A stretch of DNA of 64,000 bases, taken from the NCBI GenBank assembly GCA_950097015.1, contig CATNEN010000031.1, forward strand, positions 3,472,001 through 3,536,000, written 5' to 3'. The translations under genes and the position numbers were made by a program. Positions 1 to 10,955 of this stretch are shown here, one piece after another. The stretch comes from Macrostomum hystrix. Taxonomy: Eukaryota > Animalia > Platyhelminthes. The notes under the pieces are model-generated. The model made no database searches. It had not been told where the DNA came from and saw only the letters and a program-made list of their open reading frames with translations. Numbering within the stretch: the stretch's first letter is position 1; each line of letters starts with the position of its first letter.

Positions 1-3000
1 TGCGCGAGTCCCACAGCTGGCCCTTCTCCTCGTCGATGAAAGCGATCCAGCCCGGCTTGTCCGGCAAAGCCACAATCTGCTTCACCACCTTGGCGCCCTC
101 CAGCTTGGGCTTGGTCTTCTCCAGGAAGGAGCCAGTTTCTGCATTGTAGTAGGACACAATGAACTTCTCCTTGGCGGTGCAGGGCACGAGGATCTGGGCA
201 CTGTCGGCTGAATATATTGGCGCCACAAAGTCAACAAAGTAATACTCGAACTCGTACAGCAGCTGCGTGCTGGGCATGGCGTAGCAGCAGATCGATGCCG
301 TCTTGGAGGCCCTCTTCTCCATGCTGACCGCCAGCACGCGAGCTCCGTCCGGCGACATCTCCAGCGCTTCGACTGGCCCGAAGTCATGCGACAGGAGCGA
401 CTCGCCGCCGGGAAGCGACCAAAACACGAGGCGCCGGCTGTCAGCTGACACGGCAACGCTGGCATCGTGGGAGATCAGCGCCTTGAAGATGACGGCATTG
501 CCACTGGCTGAGAAGGTCTTCAACAGGACTCCGCGCTGCACATCCCACAGGCCGAGGTAGGTGCGCGCTACTGTGAGAGCCGTGCAGCCGTCCTTTGACA
601 GGGAGATGAAGTCAATAGGTTTCTCCATGTGGTGAATATTGAACACGCGCTCCATGATGTTGTTGAAGTTCCACACCTTGATGGTCTTGTCCATGGATGA
701 TGAGATGACACGGTTGAGCACCACCGAGTTGGTCATGGAGACAATGCGGCCGAAATGGGCGTCCAGCTTCTTCATTAGGGTGCCTGTCTTGCAGGAGTAG
801 GCCATGACTAGGTGCCTGACTGCGGAGATCATGAACTCGTTGCCGCGGCTGAAGATCAGAAGGTTCTGCATAGGGTTCTTGTTTGGAATGTTTTGATAGC
901 CCTTGGGCAACGGGGCCCGGGCGCACGGACAACCCTGGGAGCTGAGGTGCCAAATCTTGAACTCGGTGGAACAGATGGCTACAAAAATTGTTTCATCATC
1001 GCTGAGCGTCAGGCCGACGAACTCGTCACTGTTCTCGATGGACGAGTCCCATGCATAGTTGCCAGTGTCGACCCGTCTCGCGTAGCGATGAATGGTGAAG
1101 TTCATGGCTCCAGTTTCATCGCGTTTCGGCAGGAACATGTGGCGCCTGCTGTTCCCCAATGCCAGGCCAGTGTGATACTCGATGCTGTTCTCCAGGTCGT
1201 GACTAAAGTAAACCCTGTACTCGCCCGCAACCTGCGTGTTGACAGTGCAGAAGTAAAATTCGCTAGGGCCGCGATAATCGAAGTGCACAATCTCCTCGCC
1301 CGAGTTCTGCAGCTCTCCGTTGCTGAGCAGCTCCGCTGCGTGGCTGAACTCAAACCACTGACGGGCGGTGAACGCCAGGCAGACCTCCGTAGTCACAAGA
1401 ACTCCGCGCACGTCGAACTCTTTGGATAAGTTGTAGAAGCTGTGCTCCCCGGACACAATGTTGGTGAAGACCAGCTGGTTGTTGCTGGTGAAGCTGACGG
1501 CTCGCCTGTCCTCAGAGTCGATGCGCATCCCCTTCGTAATGCCCTGCAAGCCGTTGATTGGAATGTTTCGGAAAATTTCGCCAGTCTGCAAGTCCCAAAT
1601 GATGAACTGGTTGGACACGGACACCAGGTACTTGCTGTCGCTGGTCACCTGCATGCCGTAGCAGGCGAACTGGTGTCCCTCCAGAGAGTACTCTAACGGT
1701 CCGCCAGGGGTGTACAGGTAGTGGTGCGCCGGCACCAGGGCGCAGTGTACCGGCCCTTCTCTGTCGCACTCGTGAATAAGGTGGCGCACCTTCTCGAAGA
1801 TGGCGTAGTAAGGCAGCAGGCGACCGCTGATCTGCGGCCCGAGCATGTTGGGATCCTTGGTGATGATGCTGGCCGAGAGTCTGAGGCATTCGCTGAGGAT
1901 GCGCGCGTTCCTGTCGCTAGTCTTGGCGATCATGCTGTCCAGGTCGGATAAGAGCGCTTGCAGCGGGAAGGCGCTGAGCTTGGCGTGCAGGAACTGGTAA
2001 TTGAACAGGCACTCGCTGGCCAGCTCGGCCATGCGGCCCGACTTCAGCAGCTGAAAGGGCAGCTCGCTGAGCTTGCGCAGGTTGTACCGCACAGTCTTGC
2101 CGGCCTCGTTAACAAAGCCCAGCGGCTGCGGCGGCACTTTTCTGTCGCTCTCCGACTGCACGTCTTTGAGGCCGAAGCGCTGTTTCTGCAACTCGCTGTA
2201 GACAAACGGCTTGGCGACGCCGGCCCACTTGCCCAGGTAATAGTCGGCCAGGTTGGAATGAATGCCCGACTTGAAGTTGAGGTTCTTGAAGTAGCGCTTC
2301 TCGCACACCTGGAAGAACTGCCGATGGTACCAATATACGACGTCGACACCGTCAGCCTCCTTTTCGACCAGGAAGCCAGGAAGCTCGTTGCGAATTCGCG
2401 TCCACAGCAGGGGCGGGATGCGCCTGGTGGGCGGCAGGTGGTACTGGTAGACATCGTTGAGCACCTTCTCATCCAGTGATAGGTTATCCTCAAGTTCAGA
2501 CTCCGAAATACCGCTCTTTGAGGCGGTGATGTAGGAGAAAGCATGCGTCACCAGGATCAGGCCATGCTGATTCTCGATGCGCTGGAACAGCTGCATGATG
2601 CTGTCGAAGATGTTGAATGACAGCACATTTTTCTCGAGGGCGTCGTAGGACTTCCAGCGGCAGATCTCGTCGAATACAATCTTGACGAATAGCGGCGAGG
2701 TCGACTTGCTGAGCGCCTTGTCGACCACCTGCCACTGCTGGCTGGTGATTGAGCGACTGGTCGACTGCAGCCAGGCACGCAGAACCTCCAGGGAGAGCGG
2801 CTTGCCGAGGTCTTCCAGTTTCAGGAAGTTTCCGGGTTTGTTCACTTTCAACTTCAGCGTCTTGAGCAGGTTGAAAAAATTTGGCAGGATTGAAACTACA
2901 ATCTTCACATTCGGTGGAACCTCGTCTGGTAGCCAGAGCAGCACATGGGCATTGTTCTCAGGCGATAGCTCCTCCAGCGAGTCCAGAAACAACACCAGCG

Positions 3001-6000
3001 GTCTGACAGCGGAGGCAAAGTTCAGCAGAGCCTTAAAGTGCTGGATGAGGCGCGGCAGCTCCTCGGGGATGTCAGCGGTTGGCTGATCGTACAGGTAGCA
3101 GATGTGTCGGCAAAGATTGGTGAGCAGGACGCCAAGGGACGAGCTTTGAGGCGACGTGCCCAGAAGGCGGAAGATCACGTTTGGCTCCGTTGACTTCTGC
3201 CACTGCCAGATCTGCAGGCGAAGGATTTGTGCGTGGTAGAGTTAATTGAGCTCATCAATTATCGAAGAAACTGACTACTCAGAAAGTAGGCAGGCTAGGA
3301 TTGGAATGCATAGAGCAGTCATCGAACGGACTCACCAGTGTGCTAGCCTTAGCCAGCAGGGAGGTCTTGCCGCAGCCAGGGTCCCCGTGCAGCACAAACA
3401 GCTGTCTATTGCGTGAGTCCTGGCAGTAGGTCTCAATCTGCTTCAGCTCCGTCTCCCTGCCCTGGAAGACCTGTTCAAATTGTTGCGGCACATTTTTGGT
3501 ATGCGCGATGGCTGATACATGACTTTTCTCTTCTGTAGCGTACTTCGAGCTAGCAGTATCTCAAACAAATAAGGACCATCAGTGGCAGCAGTCGTAGAAC
3601 TTCAGTGACAGCAGTGATGGAGCTTCAGTGACAGCAGTGATGGAACTTCAGTGACAGCAGTGATGGAGCTTCAGTGACAGCAGTGATGGAACTTCAGTGA
3701 CAGCAGTGATGGAACTTCAGTGACAGCAGTGATGGAGCTTCAGTGACAGCAGTGATGGAGCTTCAGTGACAGCAGTGATGGAGCTTCAGTGACAGCAGTG
3801 ATGGAGCTTCAGTGACAGCAGTGATGGAACTTCAGTGACAGCAGTGATGGAGCTTCAGTGACAGCAGTGATGGAGCTTCAGTGACAGCAGTGATGGAGCT
3901 TCAGTGACAGCAGTGATGGAACTTCAGTGACAGCAGTGATGGAACTTCAGTGACAGCAGTGATGGAGCTTCAGTGACAGCAGTGATGGAGCTTCAGTGAC
4001 AGCAGTGATGGAGCTTCCGTGACAGCAGTGATGGAGCTTCAGTGACAACAGTGATGGAGCTTCAGTGACAGCAGTGATGGAGCTTCAGTGACAGCAGTGA
4101 TAGAACTTTAGTGACAGCAGTGATAGAACTTTAGTGACAGCAGTGATAGAACTTTAGTGACAGCAGTGATAGAAGTCCAACCTCGCAGAGCTTGGCACAG
4201 ACGTGGAGGTGCTGCAGAATCTCGGACATTGTAACATCGTCCGACAGCAGGCGGTTGTACTTCATGCCCCGGTCGATGAGCTGCACCACTCTAGTATAGA
4301 AGGTGTCACAAAACTCGTCCACATAGGCTGAAACAGGGCGCGAGGTGGTGCTTGGCCTCGTTAATAATTAATTCTGTGTAGAAAATCTGCTTTCTGAGTC
4401 AGCGCAACCCTGAGCTGGCTGGCAGTGGCAAATTGCCTGGCTCAAATCACTCGCCCCACTCTCACATTCTCGTCCGCCCCAGTTGAGAATTGCAAGCTAT
4501 TGGTAAAAGAGAACTTGGGTTAGTTGAGCTTAAGTTTAGTTGAGGACTCATATGCTCTGTACACAAACCTGAGTGCTTCAACTGACAACGTTCGAGACAA
4601 TTCATATGCAATATTCAGGTCTCTGTACAGACTAAACTATTACCAAAGATATTTGATTGCTTCCTGGACTGGATCAGATTTGCGTGATTCCATCATCGAC
4701 ACACAATTTTACTGCTATATCATTGTACTAACCTACCTGAGTTCTCCCTCACTGATGCTTCATCTCAGCCAGCCTGAATCTCACCTGAGTTCTCCCTCAC
4801 TGATGCTTCATCTCAGCCAGCCTGAATCTCACCTGAGTTCTCCCTCACTGATGCTTCATCTCAGCCAGCCTGAACCTCACCTGAGTTCTCCCTCACTGAT
4901 GCTTCATCTCAGCCAGCCTGAATCTCACCTGAGTTCTCCCTCACTGATGCTTCATCTCAGCCAGCCTGAATCTCACCTGAGTTCTCCCTCACTGATGCTT
5001 CATCTCAGCCAGCCTGAATCTCACCTGAGTTCTCCCTCACTGATGCTTCATCTCAGCCAGCCTGAATCTCACCTGAGTTCTCCCTCACTGATGCTTCATC
5101 TCAGCCAGCCTGAACCTCACCTGAGTTCTCCCTAAAGTTCATGAAGCGACTCAAAGTCGGGGTCAGGCTCACCCCGATGAGTGTCCAGGTGAATACCGGC
5201 GGGGTCCACCCAGGGCTGTTTGTAGCGAACAATCGACGATGCCCTCAGCTTGCTGGGTATTTTAACGTCGCGCAGATTGTCCATGAGGTCCTGAGCCTCC
5301 TGGTCCACCTCCGTGCCGTTCATGTCGATGAAGTTGCGTGCCACCCGCCAGTTGGACAGAGTGATGCCCTCCAGGTGCCGCAGGAAGGCCAGCGTGTGCC
5401 GGCTGTTGTTCGGCGCCGTCAGAATGCCGTGAATGTTCTCGCGCTCGGTCACTGTTAATAGTCACGTGATTAGGAAGAACTCATTGGTGATTGCACGGCT
5501 GCTCATTTGGTAATGGTGGATAATAAAATAATAATAATAATAATTGATAACACCTGCCCTAATTGAGTCTGATGTGCAGTAGACAGCACCTTCACGAACT
5601 TCAAGTCGTGAGTCGGACGCTCCACTAGGCTACAGAAATAGTAGAGCTACTCATGACAACTGTACAGCTCATTGTTAAGCTTCGATTCAAATCTCAGACA
5701 ATGCCCTCTCAGTTGAGCAGTGCCCAGGCCATTGTTCCGTTTTCTACATCAAATTATTAGAAGCAGAATAGTTCGCTGTCTGCTTTGTTATAAACTGTAA
5801 AAAGTATTTTTCTTGCTGGAAGTCACGCAGCACATCATCGACGTCACAGCTGCAGTGAGTTGAAAGTTTTCAACGAATCTTCAACGAAGTAAAAAATGCA
5901 AAATTTTTCTTACAAACTCTTCAAATCTGTTTGCAATAGAAATACAGATTTTTTGTACTTTTGAGCCGGCAATTGTGAGCAATCCTTCACATGTCGCTAA

Positions 6001-9000
6001 CTGGCTGCAGTCAGCTAAGAGGCCCCAAGTACAGTTTTTAGCAGCACATTTAAATATAGGTATACTGCGTGACTTCGGTGGAGTCATTGATGCGGAAGAA
6101 CCCAATTTCGTCTCGGTACCTATTTTAAGTTAGCAAACTGGCAGAAGCGTTAACTGAGCAGAACTTTGACTGCGATCAACTCAGTCTGTTTGCGCTTCAG
6201 CAGTACAAACCTTGTCTTGCTTTGTTTGCCAAACTATAAAAAAGCACTAAAACGACTTCCTGAGCCTGTGCTGGAGTCAGTGATGAATGCTTTAAACAAT
6301 GGACAGCTTTTGTTACATTGTTGCAAGATATGAAAATATAGCTAAAAGCTTTAAAATGATACATATAATTAGTCAAGAATTATTTGCGTTTCGCTTAACC
6401 ATTAAAACTATTTGTAAAAAAATTCAGCGCTAATTTCTAGATCCTTTTAGCATTTTCATGATTAAGCGCGCGCCCGACCACTAGTGCAAGATCTATTTTT
6501 AGACATTTTCATGATTAAGCGCGCGCCCGACCACTAGTGCAAGATCTATTTTTAGACATTTTCATGATTAAGCGCGCGCCCGACCACTAGTGCAAGATCT
6601 ATTTTTAGACATTTTCATGATTAAGCGCGCGCCCGACCACTAGTGCAAGATCTATTTTTAGACATTTTCATGATTAAGCGCGCGCTCATCCACTGTGCAA
6701 GTTCTATTTTTAGACATTTTCATGATTAAGCGCGCGGTCATCCACTGCGCAAGTTCTATTTTTACACATTTTCATGATTAAGCGCGCGCCCGACCACTAG
6801 TGCAAGATCTATTTTTATACATTTTCATGATTAATCGCGTGCTCATCCACTGTGCAAGATTTTTTTTCTAGACATTTTCATGATTAAACACACGCTCGTC
6901 CACTTGTGTTAGATCTATCTTAAGGAATTTTCATGATTAAACACGCGCTCATCTACTAGTACAATGTCTAAAAGTACAAGCGCACCTACTCACCCGACAT
7001 GAAATAGTTGTGCCGCTGGTCGGCGTCGATTTTCTGCTCCTGAAATAGCCGGTCAGTTGCCTGGCGGAAGATCAGCTGCATCTTGCCCATTGTTGCCCAC
7101 CATTCGTTCTGGTGAGCTTCCATCATTTTTTGCATACCCTGCAAAACAATGGCATAGCAGAATCATTGCAGGTTGGATTTCCTACCAAAAGCGCTCACTA
7201 GCATCGAGATGAAATGTCATAATAAGCTATTTTTATAGCTGCAAATCAAACTCCCACTAACTTCCGCGGACCCATTTAGCACAGAGTGCATTTTCAGTCG
7301 GTAGTTGGTATAGGAAAGAAAAATTGCCACAGCTGCTATAAAATTTGCCACTAGATTAAACTTTGTAAACAGGCGGGGGCGTTCTCAATCTTTGTGTTAA
7401 ATAATAGGGCAGAATAAAGCAGGGAAAATATGGGGGATTCTCAACCAAATTCCATGCTTTTCCTTAAAAAATCGCAGTTTAAATTTTTTAAAGAGAGAAA
7501 AAGTACTTTTTGTGCGAGCAAAGTGAAATCGTTTTTCTAGCTTTTACTAGTGCTTTAGCAAAAATGTGCATCTTTATTGCTGAACAGAAATCTAATAATG
7601 AAAACAAACTTGCTTGTATTTTTCTTTTTTAGGCGTTTAGAAAAAATTAGAGTAACAATTCACTACATTCTCACTTTGTCCTGAAATGAAGACAAGAAAG
7701 GTGTATTAACAAAAATTATGTGTTAGTGAAGCCCTAAAATTTGACCGGATTATTTTTTAGGCGCAGCTAATATATACCACGAAGCTTTTGAAAACTTTCA
7801 ATCAGATTGAGGTTTCCTCAGATCTATAAATAGCTCCGGAGTTTCCTCAGATCTATAAATAGCTCCGGAGTTTCCTCAGATCTATAAATAGCTCCGTAGT
7901 TTCCTCAGATCTATAAATAGCTCCGGATTTTCCTCAGATCTATAAATACGAGCTCGTAGCTCAGGGGTTTCCTTAGATATATAAAATAGCTATGTGGTTT
8001 CCTCATATCGAAATATAGATCGTGGTTTCCTCAGAATTGAGGTTTCCGCATATATATATATAAGTAGCTAGAGGGTTCTCCGAGTTTAAACTAGCAAATA
8101 CTTTTATCGCAGAGGTGAAAAGCACTAGGTATTCATTTATCTATGCATAGCAACTAGGCTAGGACTGATTATAAAATATAGATTCGGTTGAAAAACTGCA
8201 GGTTTAAATAAAGTGATTGTAGGTCAAGAGGTTAAGTTAGAAAATAAATTTTCTGGTTATACAAGCAAAGCAATTCAGAAATATCAATAGCTAAACAAGA
8301 AGGAAGTGTCTTGTTCTTGTATGTTCGACCATTTGTTAACGCAAGAAATGCAACTGTGCTAACTGGCGCAGTAGGGTTATGAGGGCGTATCTGCGGCTAT
8401 TCCTCAATTTTGTGTGCTTTTAGCTCTAAGATACAACTACTATAATATATTACGTATTCTAGGAGCTTAGTTCTAAAAGTCGATCTGGGTTAACAGTAGA
8501 ACTACCAAGCGGGGGATTTCCCCCTGACCATTTTTGCTGCACCCGAACTGAGCAACGCAATCACACGAAACTCAAGAGCACGGCCAACTTTTTGTTACGC
8601 AACTTGTGAAACAATAATCAAGTCACCAGCTCTTCAGACCATCGAGAAATTGAATGTTTTTAGGTGAAGGCCCGATTTTTCCCGTAAGCGCTAGTGTCTT
8701 TCATACACCCCTATACAAAAATTAGCACTGAGCCTCAGTGCGGCCTTGCAAGGCCTTCAAAATTTATCAGCATGCCACCCGAATGTGCCTGCATCATCTC
8801 CGGTCACCTACCTTTATCTAGACGCACTGATGGACCTTTAAGGGCTACAACAGGTGGAACTTGGCCACTATGGACACCCTGACGCGAATTTCTCCGATTT
8901 CGCTGATCAAGCCTAAATATTAGACGCAGCTCAACCACAGAACACCCTTGCCTAGTCTGTCAACCAATCTGTCAACCAATCAGACACCACCCAAAGCTGT

Positions 9001-10850
9001 TAGCATTCGAGCGCTGCCAAAAAGATTTTCAGGAGGAGAAATTCTCCCCCCTCGGTACAACAACGGGCGGCAAAATGGCTTGGTAGTCCTACTGTTAGTG
9101 TCGTCCATTTGATCCCAGGCGTGGTAGTTCTGTACTGTTAAGAGTCGTAATGCCCACTGCAGGACGATGAGAAGTCGTCGGGGCAAAGTGTAAACTTTTG
9201 TACATGTCCTGTGTGCGTGTTTTGGATGCAAAATGTGTGGCGACGTCGGAAATGTCTTACCTTGTTGTTGAAATGGATCAGTATCGACGAAATCGGCTGT
9301 AACACCTGCACTGGCGGGACCAGGTTCTCGTCCTTTTTGTACCAGCGCTCCAGGTAGCCGGCATCTTCGGCTGTGCCGTGCTGGCGCACCGCGTCCAGGA
9401 TCATGTCGAACTCGGCCGCGTCAATCAGTGTCGGAAATGGCCTATAGCCGTACTTCTGGCCCAGCAGTACCACGAAGTTGGGGCCGACGCTCACCCGTTG
9501 GCAGGTGCTGATCTCTTTTAGGCACAGGTGGGTCGTCATGTGGTCGTCTGTGGCTTCGTCTCGGACACCCCAGCGCATGTCCACCACCTGACGGCGTTTG
9601 AGTTGCTACTGATTTTATAGTTCTGCATTCAATATTGCCATACTAAAGAGATTCTGCCCTGTCTTCACTTCACAATCGCTGACACCGATTTCCTCAGTAG
9701 TTATTTGGTCTGACACCTTACAGCTTACAATCATTGCTGTTGGTATCACATTCGTCCCCTCACTAAATACCTGAAATTCCAGTCCGTGTTGCTCCCTGCA
9801 GTACTCCTTGATCTTGGGATAAATTCGCTCCATGAGGGAGTTGCGCTCGACACCCGTATCTGTAAGTAGCACGAAAGAAAATGTACCATTTATTTTATTG
9901 ATAACAAGTTCTAAAACAGCAGAATTCCGCAGAGGAACCAATAGGCTAGTGAACTGCGCGCTTCATTCATACCAGTAAATGTTGAGCTGGTGAAAATGCG
10001 CACAATCTTGCTAGGCATTGTTGGAAGATTCTCTAGGAGGCCGCGAAAGATTTTGTCCACCACCGTATGACAACCGCGACTCAGTGGGCCTTCCAGAATC
10101 TCCGGCTCCGGATCCTCCTCCTCCGGGTCCTCCTTAACATCTGCTTCATCGTCTTCCGTTGGAGAGTAATCAGCCTCTTCACCTCTAGCAGCCAGAGTCG
10201 CCTCGGCCCCTTCCATCTCTGTGGCTGCAGCATCTGCCCCGGTTGCGTTGGCAGCATCTGGCGTTCCGCCACCACTGCCGCCACCGCCGGCCCCTCCAGC
10301 AGGCACCCGCACCACAACCTGCTGCCGGACCACCGGGGCTTGGCGAATCGGTGCGGTCGCCGGTTGGGTCTCCTCGCCGCCAGCTGCAACAGTGGTCGCT
10401 ACTCCTGCAGCTGAAGCTGTACCGTCTAGTTGCGACCGATTCGATGATGCCACCGAGTGTCGAGAGGCCGCTGAAGCGGCTGATGCCACCTGCTGTTGCC
10501 GCTTTCGTTGCTGCTGCTGCTGCTGACGTTGCTGACGTTGTTGCTGGTGGTGTTGCTGTCGCGATTGACGGATCAGCTGTCTGGTCGCCACTGTCTCAGC
10601 CGTAGACGCCATCGACGCTGGTGTCGCGGACATGGTTGGAGGCATGTCCTCAGAGCGAGTCGGACTCTGTGATAAGAGCTGCCGCTGCTGCTGAGGCAAC
10701 TCAGCATCCGAAAATGAGGCTTCTTCGTCTTCATCATCGTCGCGGCGTCTTTGTCCAGCGAGGTTGGTAGCGGCTCCAGCCGCTGGCGAAAGTCGGCGAC
10801 GATGCTGCGTTTGCTGCTTCTGCTGATGCTTTTCTTTTGACTTGCGCCCC
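1..10850 (-). CDS. NWD2: NACHT and WD40 repeat protein (NWD2/NWD1-like), core exons; 3' end lies beyond the window's left edge
   Basis: Phase-consistent GT-AG exons 10850-9973, 9859-9771, 9587-9261, 7138-6994, 5451-5173, 4327-4182, 3470-3336, 3211-<1. They encode VRIFTSSTFTDTGVERNSLM, VVDMRWGVRDEATDDHMTT, HNYFMSVTERE, Walker A LHGDPGCGKT, Walker B LVLFLDSLEE and WD40-type repeats (SSMDKTIKVWNF). The last exon appears open for 3.2 kb; it is absent from the ORF track because it has no stop in the window. Confidence 0.92.
3590..4175. repeat. 23-bp minisatellite (CTTCAGTGACAGCAGTGATGGAG), about 25 copies, in an NWD2-like intron
   Basis: Tandem units visible directly; the array begins about 7 nt after the donor at 4181. 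Confidence 0.95.
4733..5132. repeat. 48-bp minisatellite, about 8 copies, in an NWD2-like intron
   Basis: Unit ACCTGAGTTCTCCCTCACTGATGCTTCATCTCAGCCAGCCTGAATCTC; it accounts for the 16-aa periodic ORF 4524-5135. Confidence 0.95.
6445..6968. repeat. 53-bp minisatellite, about 10 copies, degenerate toward the exon
   Basis: Unit ATTTTCATGATTAAGCGCGCGCCCGACCACTAGTGCAAGATCTATTTTTAGAC. Confidence 0.93.
7812..7990. repeat. About 29-bp tandem repeat, 5-6 copies
   Basis: Unit GTTTCCTCAGATCTATAAATAGCTCCGGA, decaying to the right. Confidence 0.85.
8494..9094 (+). mobile_element. Non-autonomous TIR DNA transposon (MITE), family A, copy 1
   Basis: Termini CAGTAGAACTACCAAGC ... GCTTGGTAGTCCTACTG (17-bp TIR, one mismatch), flanked by TTAA / TTAG. 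The internal sequence matches 24068-24617 and 29131-29450. Confidence 0.85.
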
Positions 10851-10955
10851 CTATTTAATTTTGTGAATTGAATGTCAATAGATTTGTCACGTTTTTAAGT
10901 GCAAAACAAAATAAACGCGATTTAATATTTAACAGAATCTTGATATGGAACGTAC

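Noticed and set aside
3590-4175. Regular short repeats resembling a CRISPR array
   Set aside because: The units are head-to-tail without unique spacers, in a eukaryotic intron with no cas genes; the same applies to all other arrays here.
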